Shown here one piece after another: positions 36,145 through 47,652 of a stretch of 64,000 nucleotides of DNA. The stretch is taken from positions 1 through 64,000 of the forward strand of contig CDMY01000201.1 in the NCBI GenBank assembly GCA_001179505.1. The letters run 5' to 3'. Position 1 is the first letter of the stretch. Each line of letters starts with the position of its first letter. The notes beneath the pieces are model-generated. The model made no database searches, was not told where the DNA came from, and was given only the letters and a program-made list of their open reading frames with translations. This stretch comes from Vitrella brassicaformis CCMP3155 (lineage: Eukaryota; Protista; Chromerida). Made by a program: the position numbers and the translations under genes.

Positions 36145-39100
36145 CTACTTCTGCTCCTCGGCGTGTCCGTTGGGCTGCAGGGGGGCCTTCTCTTCCTCCT
36201 TCTCCTCCTTCACCGCAGCCATACCCTCATCCTTCGCAGCACCGTTCTGAACACACACATACCACACGTACACACACGTGCAGACGTATACGTCAGTTGA
36301 CGTCGTGTCATGCATGTCGTGTGCACCCCTCACCTCCGTCTTGGTGGCCTCAGCTGTCTCCTCTACTTTCTCCGCCTGCTCAGTCTTGTCCTCGCCCTCG
36401 CCCTCGCCCTCCCCAGCCCCCTCGCCAGCTGCTTCCCCCTCCTGTTTGGCCTCATCGGCGTGGGCCCCATCACCGTTCTGCTCGGGTGCCGCACCGTCCA
36501 TGAGCGCCTCGAGCTGCGGGGGCGGCTTGGAAGGCGCTGTGTTGGCCTGCGGATTTTCAAACTCCTTGTCGTAGTACTTGGACTCGTTGAAGTATCGCGC
36601 CTCGACCACCTTGTCGCCGAATTTGCGTCCGCCGATGCCCTTCTTGGCCTTGCTGGCGCCCTCCACCTTGGAGAACTCGACAAACGCCTTGCCGATGGCC
36701 GTCATGTCCTGCTCGTGGAAGGGGATGCCCCTGATGGGCTGGGGCATCTCCATCGACAGCACCTCCCCATAGGTGCCGCACTCCTCCTTGATGTCCGTGA
36801 AGATCTCCTGGTACTCCTTCTGGTCGAGCAGCTCGTCCGCCGTGCACAGGTTGGTCAGCATCACCACGCGCGACGGCCGCTCGTACATGGCCATCGCACC
36901 CATGGCCGACGCGTTGGCCTTGACGATGGCGATGACCTCATCGTCGTTGAGGAAGCAGTCCTCCGCGTTCTTGACGATGAGGTTCTCGCCGCCCAGCTGC
37001 AGCCCGTCCAGCGCCTGCTGGGCCGCCACCGTCTTCTCCACACTGTCGTACTCGACCAGACAGATGCCCTTGTGCACACCGGTGGCCTCATCCTTGGCCA
37101 GGAAGAAGTAATTCATCGACCCGAACGAGCTCATGAACTCACGGAGGTCCTCTTCCTCCATGCTCAGAGGCAGCTTCTTGACACACAGACGCTCAGGCCG
37201 CCCGGCAGCAGCGGCGCCCATCATGGGGATGCCAGGGATAGCCATGCCCGCACCAACGATGGCAGGGGGCGACATGCCGTCGGTGCCGGGGAGGGGTGGG
37301 ATGACCATGTCAGATGCTACGCCAGCTGCACCGAGGCCGGGGAGTGCGGCTAGGCCGCCAGCTGAGATGGCACCGGCCGTTCCTGCGCTTGGCAAGCCCG
37401 CTGGAGGGGCCGGGATCTGATCGACAGCACAACACACACAGAGAGAGCGCAGCCAGGCTGTGAGTGAATATGGGGCCCTCTGTGAGGCATGGATGGCATG
37501 TGTGGAGGGAGGTATTCATTCCCACGTGACGTACGTGCATGAGCAGTGTTGACGGGAGTGAGGGGGGCGCCGGCTGGCTCAGCGTGCCGTACACGGCGGT
37601 CCAACCCAACTGCCCGGCGTTGAAGAGCGCCTGTGCCGCATCAGCGTACGTCTTGGGCCGCCCAACCTTGAGTGCGTTGCCGAGCAGCACAATCCCGTTG
37701 AGGTGCAGGCCGTTGGTAGCCTCCTCCACCGAGCGGGCCTCCACGAACGAGTAGTGGCGCTGCGTCTGCCCGTCGGTGGCCACCCACGCGTTGACGAAGG
37801 GGTTGCCGGGGGCCGTGTTGCCCTTGATGGCCAGCAGCGCCTGGTTCATGAACTCCAGCAGCTGGGGCACCGTGATGCCCGGCGGCAGGTTGCCCACATA
37901 CAGCTCGCGGGCTGGTTTGGTCGTCTGCGCCGTCACGCCCCCTCCCGACGTCTGGTTGATCTGCTGAGCCGCCGCCTGGGCCACCATCAGCGGATCCATG
38001 GCTGCTGCTGCCATGTTGCCGTACATGCCGGGGATGCCGGGCAGAGCAGGGGCGGCCATGGCGAGGCCGCCAGCAGACGGGGGATCCGGCACGTTGGTGG
38101 TGCTCGTGGCCGCGACCGCATCCTTTGGGGGGCTGTCAAACCGGAAGCCCCGCTCACGAGAGCCCCTCATGCGGTCGTGCTCATCGGCCTGTGCGGCCCG
38201 GTCTCGCTCGGCTTTGTCCCTCCACCAGTCCCGGATGCGATCACGCTCTCTGTCGCGCCACTCGCGATCCTTCCACCTCTCCTGAAGACACACAGCGATC
38301 AACAACAGGCGCTTCAGGGTTTCCCCCCTCTGCTCGTCTCGTTGGGTGTGCATGTGTGCGTTACGTCGTGGTGCTCCCAGGGCGGCCGGTCGGTGCGCTC
38401 GGTGCGGTCATCGTGGCCGGAACGGGACGACCTGTGCTCCCTGCCCACACAGCACACCACACCAGCACACGGAGCAGATGAATGTTGGTCGATGTGTTGG
38501 ATGTGGGTGACACTTTGCCTACCGCTTGTCTCTGTCGTTGTCCCTGTCCTTGTCCCTGTCCTTGTCCCGTCGCCTTTCCTTATCTCGATCCCTATCCCTG
38601 TCCCGACTGCGGCTGCGCTTCCGCCGGTCACGGCTCCTCCTACACACACGCACACACACACACACACACACAAGATCACACGGAACAGGTGGCAAGCGTG
38701 CATGTGGTGCTGTGTGGGTCTCACTTGCGCCTATCTCTGTCCCGATCTCTGTCCCTGTCGTCCTCATACTCATGTGAACGGTCTCGGTCCTGATCACGAC
38801 TCCTGCAGAAAGCAGAAAGAACACAAACATACACACAGTTGCTGGTGATCCAACCACCGGGAGTGGTGTGCAGCTGGGGTCAGCTCACTTGCGCTTGTCC
38901 CTGTGTCGGTCCTCCCGGTCCCTGTGTCGGTCCTCCCGGTCTCTGTCATCGTCGCGCTCACGACCACGGCCACGCTCACGCCTCCGCTCCTCCCTGAGTC
39001 CATCAGAGTGTAGAGATCGGCCATCAGACAAGACTCATCGCGGGTGTGTGTATCATCATGCTGTATGTGTGTGCATGGCTTGGCTTGCTTACCTATCCCT

Positions 39101-39166
39101 GTCACGGTCTTTGTCTCGGTCCCTATCCTTGTCCTTGTGACGGCGCCGCTCCTCTCTCTCCGTCAT
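36145..39166 (-). CDS. U2AF2: U2 snRNP auxiliary factor large subunit (U2AF65); multi-exon
   Basis: RS/RD-rich N-terminus; RRM1 ARELYVGNLPPGIT...YSFVEARSVEEATNGLHLNGI; RRM2 RLCVKKLP...HKGICLVEY; UHM SRVVMLTNL...EIFTDIKEECGTYG...GKAFVEF...GGRKFGDKVV. Confidence 0.95.
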
Positions 39167-39480
39167 GACGATCACACAATTGAGCTGATCTGCCAACCAC
39201 ACTCGCTAGATCTTACGATGCCAACAGCAGCTAGATTGCGATATTTCGTCCCTTCCATTCAGCGAGCTTGGATCTGGCGCTGCGAGCTTAGAGTTTCGAC
39301 GCATTTTATGCTCTTAATCTTACCCTTAACCACCACCAATTTTGATGCTCACTCCAGTAACTTTTGTAGTGAATTTTGCCGTTCCTGATTCATTCGGCTC
39401 CTTTTTGGCTCTCATCTGAGACAAAGTCTCACCCCCACCGGCCCGTCTCTTCCGGCGCTCTTCAGCTGACTGGAGGTGTG

Positions 39481-42400
39481 ATGTGGGCGTTCACGTTTAT
39501 GCAGCTGCCCACCGAAGGGCCCCTTCGCGTGCCAAGCCTACAGTAAGTAACCCAACATCACAAACACAAACACAAACACAAGACAGGCACTCATTGACCC
39601 TTCTTGACCGGTACGTGTGGCGCATGTGTTGTGTGTTTGCAGGACTCACCTGAAGGCCAACAATCCGTTTCTCCGTTTTTGGTTCCACGAGTACTACCTG
39701 CCCGAGGACCAGCGCATGCCGCAATTCGCGCGGCTGGTCAGGCTGCTCGTCCATCTGTCCATCTATCTCGCCGTGCTCGCCAGCCTGGTTGGTGTGTGTG
39801 AGGCATTCATTACACATATATCTGACTGAATCGATTAATCGAAGAGGCGTGCGACAGACATACCATGGATGCCACTGCATGTCATGTTTGTCCTTTTGTG
39901 TGATGCATGTATTCATCACTCTCATTGCCTTGCAGGTTCGTCAGTACGACTTGAACTTCTCCAATCGGTGTGAGCGCCGGGAGGCCTGCAAGTACCGCTG
40001 CATCCTCGACCACTTCCCCACACTCACTTGCGGGCAGCTTTCTCTCTCATCGCCGCTCACATACGGTCTGCAGGAAGAGAAGAAGAAGAAGAAGAAGAAG
40101 ACAACCACTCACTCCCGCATATGTCTGTCTGTATGTGTGTGTGTGGCACCGCCCCTCCATCAGGTGGAAACAAGTACACGAAGCTGTTCGAGTACCCCTA
40201 CCCCCTTCAGGGCCCAAAGGCAGGGGTACGCGGAGTGGTGAGTGAGTTGATACACTTGTGCATCCGACCGACCGGGAGAAGGGGTTCAAGTGAGTGGGTG
40301 ACTATTGAGTGTCTCTGTCTCTCTACAGCACACCAGGGCAGAAGTGGACGGCGACGACTGGCTCGAGTGCGCCGAGTGGGTCGACGACAACGAGGAGGGC
40401 GTGGCGGCCGACAAAGTCTTCGACGGACGCCTGCCAAGGGTACAAGGTTGCTTCCCAGGTAGGTATGTCACTCACACCACACACATGTCCACCAAGGATG
40501 CATCGATCCAGGTTGCATTCCGCCTGAGCGTCTGCCGTCCGACCCCCCCTACAGCATTGCGCTGCCCGATGGCCGGTCAATCAGCTACGAGGACGACACA
40601 CAATTCGGATCGCCTGACCCACGGCCAGACGTAAGACGGGATTCTCTCTGTACAGGCTGATGATGGATGGACCGATGCAATAACGACATGTGTCTGTGGG
40701 GTCGGGGCTGCAGTGTCAGGGGGGTACGGAGGAGTATTCCCTGTGGTGTGTGGACCCTGGAGACGAGTGCGAGAAGACGCAGTTTCGGGATGAGTTCTGC
40801 TTCGACTTGCCTGGTGGGTGCGAAACACAAACAGACATCGACAGAGACACAAGAGAAGACGCAAGCGCCTCTTTCTTCTTTTCACCAACAGCCGGCGAGA
40901 CGTGCTTCAGCCCCAGTGCAGTCATTCTCGCACAATTTATCAGGTCGACGATATATGATGCAGATCGGCCCGGTGGATGGATCGATCGCGTTGTGTCCGT
41001 TGTCTATCTATCTGTGTTTTGGATTGATTCAGCATCCCAATCAACTTTCTCCTGAATATGCTGATGATTTTGGCTGTGAGCATCAAGATGGAGAAGTACC
41101 TGGACACAGATGAGCATGACAAACAGGAGGGGGGCGGGGGGGACAAGCCTGTCGAGGCGGACAAGGAGGAGGGCCGTCGACGAGACGGGGAGCCCAACAT
41201 CGACTGCATGCGGTCATCCCAGAAGTGCGGCCTTCAGTGGCTGGTCGTCTTCGTCTCGGGCGGGGCACTTTTCACCATGGTCGTGCAAATGATGTGGTGA
41301 GTGACTGGATAGACGCACACGCCCACATGCGTTTAGTGTGCACAGGCATGTGGCATCCATCCATCCATCAGGGTGTATTGGATCGGTCGTCCAGGGATGA
41401 TCTGGTTCAACTTCATCATGGTGGTCTTGTTCGACCTCGTCCGCAACCTCTTGTTCCAGATAGCCGCGTGGTACGTGCTGCTGCGGCGGTGCGGCAAGGT
41501 GCAGGTCATCGACGACGACACATACCTCGAGGACGAAGAGGAGGAGACAGAGAGCTTTGTGAAGGTCTTCGTCGCCATCGTGAAAAACATCATCGAGTCC
41601 AAGGCATTCGATCTCACTGTATACGCGCTTGTGGGGCTGTTTGCTCTCCTGCTTATGGTCACATTCGCCTTTGAAGAGGAGATCGAAGGCAACAAAGTGG
41701 TAGGCAGGGAGGGAGGGAGGGAGAGAGAGGAAAGGGCGAATTCTCTCTTTCTTTCAAATGTGTCTCTTGGTCTGTTTGTGGTGCGCACACTTGGTCTGTT
41801 AGGTAAAGGACGTGTTCTACTACACCGATTTGACGCTGCTGATTTGCTTCGTGATCGAGATATGTCTCCGTCTGATCGGTCATGGCCTTTGGTACCTGCA
41901 AGACCCCTGGAACCTCTTCGACGCTGCGGTTGTCATCACCTCATTCGCACTCCTATTCGTCGACATCGAAGGCAAAGGCAAACAGGTCAAGTAGACACCC
42001 AATGGCAGCCACCCACGCCCACGCCCATACATACAGCTGTGGGTTGCTGCATTCCATTTGCAGGGCATCCTTGTCCTCCGTCTGATGCGGCTGATGCGTC
42101 TTGTGCTGGTGCTGCGTCGGGCGTCGCGCGACAAGCAGCGGCCGAAGCCTCCCGGTGTGGGCATCCAGTTCACATCGCCGGTTGAGCGGGTGCTGGACAT
42201 ATTCAAAGAGATCCTCGAGGCAAAGGGTGGGTGAGTCAGTCACCCGAAGGGACGGACGGACACCTACAGTCCTTCCATGGACGCATGGAGGGATGGATGG
42301 ATGGATGTGCACAGGATTGACCAACAAGGACAAGGACAATGTCGAGTGGACAATGGACGTGATATCGTCCAACAAGCTCTACTCCATAAGTGTCGAGACC

Positions 42401-44708
42401 GACAAGACCAAGGCGGGATCGCAGATGGACCTCGAGGTCCAAGCGTGGATCAAAATCGCATCCGACTCGGTCAGTCTGCCACCCATCCGACAACATGGCC
42501 GCCCGTGTCTCACCATCCACTTTTGTGTGCTCTTGTCTTATGTATCTGATATCAGATCGGTGAGTCGAATTGGAAGGACAACGACCTGGAGAATCTGCTG
42601 CTCAGCAACGCCAAGAGAAAAGCACGGGTGGGTGAATAGGGAGAATATACTGCTGTGTCACTCGGATGGATGGGTGTCGTGTTGGTCATCCATCCATCCA
42701 TCCACCAGGCCGATGAGGGTCGGGTGGAGACAATGGAGGTGTCGACACTTGAGTTCTTCCAGCTCCCGGACGTGCCGCCGACTGCCCACCATCCAGCGAG
42801 CGCAGCACCCGGGCCAGCGCCATCCATCGGCCCTGAACTCCAAGACGTGAGACAGAAGGCGCCATCGACACATGGATACACATTCCTGACTGACTTGTGT
42901 ATGATCTCTCAGCGTGTGTTGGACTACCTGAATGCCCACCTCATGAAGTGGGACTTCGACGTGTTCCAGGTGGTCGAGGTCAGTCTCAGCACGCCTGTCT
43001 GTCTCGCCGCCAGCAGCCATCCCATCTGTGTGTCGTTCATGCCTCTCTTGTCTGTCAGATGATAGGTGACTTGACGCTGCCGCTGCTGCTGGTGCAGATC
43101 TTCAAGTTGCAGGACTGGAACTCCACTTTCGACATCAACCTTGGCGCACTCAAAAGATACTTCATTACCATCGAACGAGTGGGTCGCAAACAAGATGACA
43201 CACCACACCAGACACAACCAACACACACATCAAATCTTCACATGTGTGTTAATGCAGGGTTACGTCAAGACGAATCCCTACCACAGCTCGGCCCACGTGG
43301 CCGACGTGGCGCAAGCGACCCACCTGCTGCTGTCGTGGGCGAGCAACAGACACCCCCAGGCCCTGACGGCGCAGGAAGTCATGTCGGGTGTGTTTGCCGC
43401 GGCCATCCACGACTACCAGCATCCGGGCTTCAACAACCAGTTCCTCATTGCCGTCGAACACCCCGTCGCACTCAGGTGGATAAACTGGATGCGAATTGGT
43501 GTGATTAATCCGCCAGGGAGGCTGTTTGCCTGCTGTGTAGGTATAATGATCGCAATGTGTTGGAGAATCATCACGTGGCGGCGGCCTTTAACGCCATGCT
43601 CGACGGCACACAAGAGGACCCATTCAAAGTACGTCGGGCACACACATACACAGCCACGGAGCGGAATACATGCCGACCTGCTGCCCATTCCCCACTCAGC
43701 ATCTGAGCGAGGACCAGTTTACGTCTCTCCGTCGGATGGTCATTAAGATGGTTCTCGCCACAGACAACCAAAACCACTCAGCGCAGCTGTCCCTCCTCAA
43801 GACCAAAATGACGCGCAAGGACTTCCCGTCCACCAAAGGGGACGACAAACAGGTAAGGACAAGAATGAGGGAGCACCTTATAAGTCGGTCGTGTCTCTCT
43901 GAATGTTGCTTGGGTGTGATTGCAGTTGTTGCTGAACATCATCCTGCATGCTGCTGACATCAGCAATCCCACCAGACCGCTCGAGTGCTACCTCAAATGG
44001 GTCCCACGCGTCATGGAGGAATTCTTCAGGTCACCCCCACCCCCACCCTCACGCACAGAGAGAGACAGGGCTTTCTGTGTGTGTGTGTGTGTGTGTGGGC
44101 GTGGGTGTGTGCAGGCAGGGAGATTTGGAGAAGCAGAAGCATTTGCCTGTGAGCCCCTTCTTCGACCGAGACACCACTGCCGTGTCCAAGTGCCAGCTGG
44201 GCTTCATCGACGTCCTCGTACACCCGCTCTACCTCGTCAGTCGGCCAGCACGCAGACAGGCATACATATTCGATACGCTTTAGCTTCATGTGTTGCGTGC
44301 GCACTGTACTGGCGACAGGCCCTCGGGCAGTGTGTGCCAGAGGTCAACACAGAGTGCCTCCCACAGATCACCAGAAACAGGTCCACGTGCCTGGGTGGCG
44401 GGTGGCATCAGCACAGGCATCGTTCGTTTGTATGCTGTCTGTCTGTCTCCAGGGCACATTATGAGGGTCGGCGGACCGTCACCCGCCGCATGAGCAACGA
44501 CAAGGGCGCGACAGAGGGCAGGCGCAACTCCCCCTTCTCCCCGTTCACCTCCCCATTCACCGAGGCCGCCAAGCTCTTCACCCCAACCACCGCCGGGCTG
44601 CGCAAGAGAATGACTAGCATATTCGGCTTCAGGAGGACATCAGCGACCACCGAGGGCACGGAAGACAAAAGCCCCAAAGACACGAGCCCCAAGGAAGCGG
44701 CACCGTGA
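39481..44708 (+). CDS. Multi-pass membrane class I cyclic-nucleotide phosphodiesterase with an S1-S4 voltage-sensor domain N-terminal to the catalytic domain; many exons
   Basis: PDE motifs intact: NPYHSSAHVAD, IHDYQHPGFNN, LENHH, LATD, HAADISNP, EEFFRQGDLEK, CQLGFI. VSD: S2 CFVIEICLR, S3 WNLFDAAVVITSF, S4 LRLMRLMRL. Splice phases checked across the VSD exons. Confidence 0.92.
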
Positions 44709-45737
44709 CTGCCCGGAAGGGCGCTATGGCGTTGCGGCTTCAATTGTGGGGTGAGAGGGATTCTACCTAGCTGCGCCCACTGTGGTGGGGCGGGGGTTGT
44801 TTGATGTTCTGTGAGGGAGTTCGTTGCTGCTCTGATGGGGCCGTCCCTCTCTTGACTCACTTAGGTCGTGTAGCCCTCCACTTATGGGCGTAGACAGAGA
44901 GGCCTCTTGCTCATCATGTCACCATTTTCGTGTGTGTGTTTGTGTGTATGTGCGCCTGTGGACGCACAAACTGCCGTCATGCACATCGATTCGTTTATCT
45001 GTCAACTTCTGTTGTGTCATTGTGTGGAAGGAAGGCCAGCACGGCTGCAAATGTTTCTTGATGAGATGAATGCAGCACATTCACGTCGGTCCACAGCTAG
45101 GCGCATGGAAGCAGACAAGACCGAGAAACTTGTTCCATCAGCGGCTAGTCACCGGTGCCACGCTTATAAGCCAGGTCACTCGCAGCCCCTGCATCCGTCA
45201 TCTCGCTCGCCGTGCTATCGGAAGGCGAGACCGCAGATGCAGGCCCGAAGCAAACCGGACGAACAAGAAGTGGCATGCACGGGATGAAGAGAGAGTAAGT
45301 CCACTCACGTACAGACCATTCCGTGTGGGAGGTGCATCAGACAGACGTCCCCCTTGCCCCGTTGGTCGACTGTCAGCAGGCCCACGCACTACCTCACCCG
45401 CTGGTTTACAGAAGTGAGGAGAGCGTGAGCTGACGGAAACCCAACCACCAAGGCAAGAGTGGATGCCTTGACGCAAGGCTAGACCATCAGTATCATCGAC
45501 AAGACGGACAAACAGACAGACAGACAGCCGCATCACGACCACGCGCCTCTTTCCGCACAGCGACAACTGTACACCCACACCGTTCCACGCCACACACAAA
45601 CGCAAAATCCAGGCATCCCTTAGCAGCTGCCTATGCATAGTTATGAAGACAGGGAGGGACGCCACGTGCACGCAATAATGATCCAGCCAGAGCAAAATCG
45701 AGTTCAAAGACAGACACGGTCGTCACGTGGTTGTGCT

Positions 45738-46340
45738 TCAGATGGCGCCCGCGTCCGTCAGCATCTTCTGCAAAGAGCCGTTCGAAATCGCCGTCATCTA
45801 CACACACACACACACACACATGCACACACACCGATGGCAATGGTGTTCTGCACACAGTCGGTGCTGCTGTTCCATCGATAATGGCCATACCGTTTCGTCA
45901 CATCCGCCGACGAATTTGCCGCCCACAAACACGCGGGGCACGCTGCGGCCACCGGTGAGGCTACTGAGGTAATCCTGGATCTCATTCATGTTGGGCTCGT
46001 TCTCGATCTGCTTGACCTCCTGCACACACAGACACACATCGCACAGCACACACAGACACGTACACGCAGCAGCAGCAGATCTCTGCATGTGTGATGTGTG
46101 GTCACCAGTGCTTTGATGCCCAGGTTCTGGAGGGCACTGATGGCGCGCTGGCAGAACGGGCAATAGCTAAGACACACCAGCAAAGCACACCACACCACAT
46201 TACACATGCAGCAGCAGCAAGCCTGTCTCGTCACGCGCACGACGTGTGTGCATGTGGCAGTGAGCAGCTTACGACTTTGAGAAGACCATGACTTTGTTGT
46301 TGGCGATGCTGCTGTCGACCATCTCCTTCACTGACCCCAT
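45738..46340 (-). CDS. Dithiol glutaredoxin (CPFC); multi-exon, possible longer N-terminus from ATG 46457
   Basis: KVMVFSK|SYCPFCQRA, TGGRSVPRVFVGGKFVGGCD, and last exon MTAISNGSLQKMLTDAGAI*. Confidence 0.93.
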
Positions 46341-46563
46341 GATCTCTCCTCTGGCTGCAGAGGGCTTGCCGCCCATAGACGAGGGGAGAGAAAAGTACGA
46401 CCGAGCGGACGGAAAGAAGCTGCGGTAGATGCTCACCGAACAACGGCCCAGGAGCATACAAACTCGAACGAAATATATTCTGGACTTCCTTCCCGTTTGC
46501 GAGCTTGGCTTGCAGACCTCCCGACCTCCTCTCCCCTTTATCGTCATCGCCTGGTCCATAGCT

Positions 46564-47652
46564 ATGGAGCCTACAAACGGCACGGGCACGAGCACAGGCA
46601 GCGGCGGCGGCAGCAGCAGCGGCCCAACCCGGCGCACAGGCGAGCGGCAGTCGGTCACAGTGCGTGTGCCGGCCACCAGTGCCAACGTGGGCAGCGGCTT
46701 TGACTGCATCGGGCTGGCATTGGACATCTGGAATGACCTCACCGTCGAGCGCAGCGACGTCTTCGAGATAGCCATCGACGGCGAGGGCGCCGAGAGGCTG
46801 CCGCGGGACGAGAGCAACCTGGTGGTGACGGGCATGAGGGCGGCCTTCAAGACGGCGGGGAAGCCGGTGCCCACACTCAAGTACACTTGCGTCAACCGCA
46901 TCCCCTTCGCCAGGGGGCTGGGCAGCAGCTCCGCCGCCATCGTGTCTGGCCTTGTGGCGGGCCTGGTGCTGACGGGCCACGAGCTGCCGGTGGAGGGCGA
47001 GGAGGCGTTGCTACAGCTGGCGTGTGGCATCGAGGGCCACCCGGACAACGTGGCGCCGGCCATCTACGGCGGCCTGCAGATCGGCGTGCACACTGGCGAC
47101 AGGTGGTACACCAGCCGCATTCAGATGGGCCCCGGCCTGCAGGCGGTCCTCTTCCTCCCCGACCACATTCTCGAGACCTCGGCTGCCCGCGCCGTGCTCC
47201 CAGACAAGGTGCCTCGAAAGGACGCGATTTTTAACGTCAGTCGAGCGGCTTTGCTGGCCAACGCATTCGCGACGGGCAACATGAAGGAGCTCCAGATGGC
47301 CATGGAGGACAGCCTGCACCAGCCCTACCGGGCCGCACAGAACCCCCACCTCTACCCCCTGGTTGCGGCCGCCATCAAGGCCGGCTCTCACGGCGCTTGT
47401 CTGTCCGGTGCGGGGCCGGCGATCTTCGCCTTGACGAGCGGTGCCAAGGGTGACATCTACAGTCAGAGGAAGGGCGAGAGGGCGGAGCAGATCGTGGCCG
47501 ACTGCATGCTCAAGGCCGCGGAGGAGACCAACGCCAAGGGCAGGATATTCATCACCAGCCCCACAGAGAGGGGGGCGCATGTGGTCAGTGCCGACCCGCC
47601 TTTCAGCGACTTGAGGGTGCTGCACTTCAGCACGGCGGGCACACCGCTGTGA
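46564..47652 (+). CDS. thrB: Homoserine kinase (GHMP family), intronless
   Basis: VPATSANVGSGFDCIGLAL, IPFARGLGSSSAA, EGHPDNVAPA, EDSLHQPYR, LSGAGP. Confidence 0.96.
   Translation: MEPTNGTGTSTGSGGGSSSGPTRRTGERQSVTVRVPATSANVGSGFDCIGLALDIWNDLTVERSDVFEIAIDGEGAERLPRDESNLVVTGMRAAFKTAGKPVPTLKYTCVNRIPFARGLGSSSAAIVSGLVAGLVLTGHELPVEGEEALLQLACGIEGHPDNVAPAIYGGLQIGVHTGDRWYTSRIQMGPGLQAVLFLPDHILETSAARAVLPDKVPRKDAIFNVSRAALLANAFATGNMKELQMAMEDSLHQPYRAAQNPHLYPLVAAAIKAGSHGACLSGAGPAIFALTSGAKGDIYSQRKGERAEQIVADCMLKAAEETNAKGRIFITSPTERGAHVVSADPPFSDLRVLHFSTAGTPL

Noticed and set aside
38905-38945. 21-bp tandem repeat CCCTGTGTCGGTCCTCCCGGT as a CRISPR-like or regulatory repeat
   Set aside because: It lies in a U2AF65 exon and encodes the R/D/H-rich repeats of the RS domain; there are no spacers.
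41580-41680. Interpreting the voltage sensor as an Hv1 proton channel
   Set aside because: S1 lacks the central Asp required for Hv1 proton selectivity, and the C-terminus is a PDE rather than a coiled coil.
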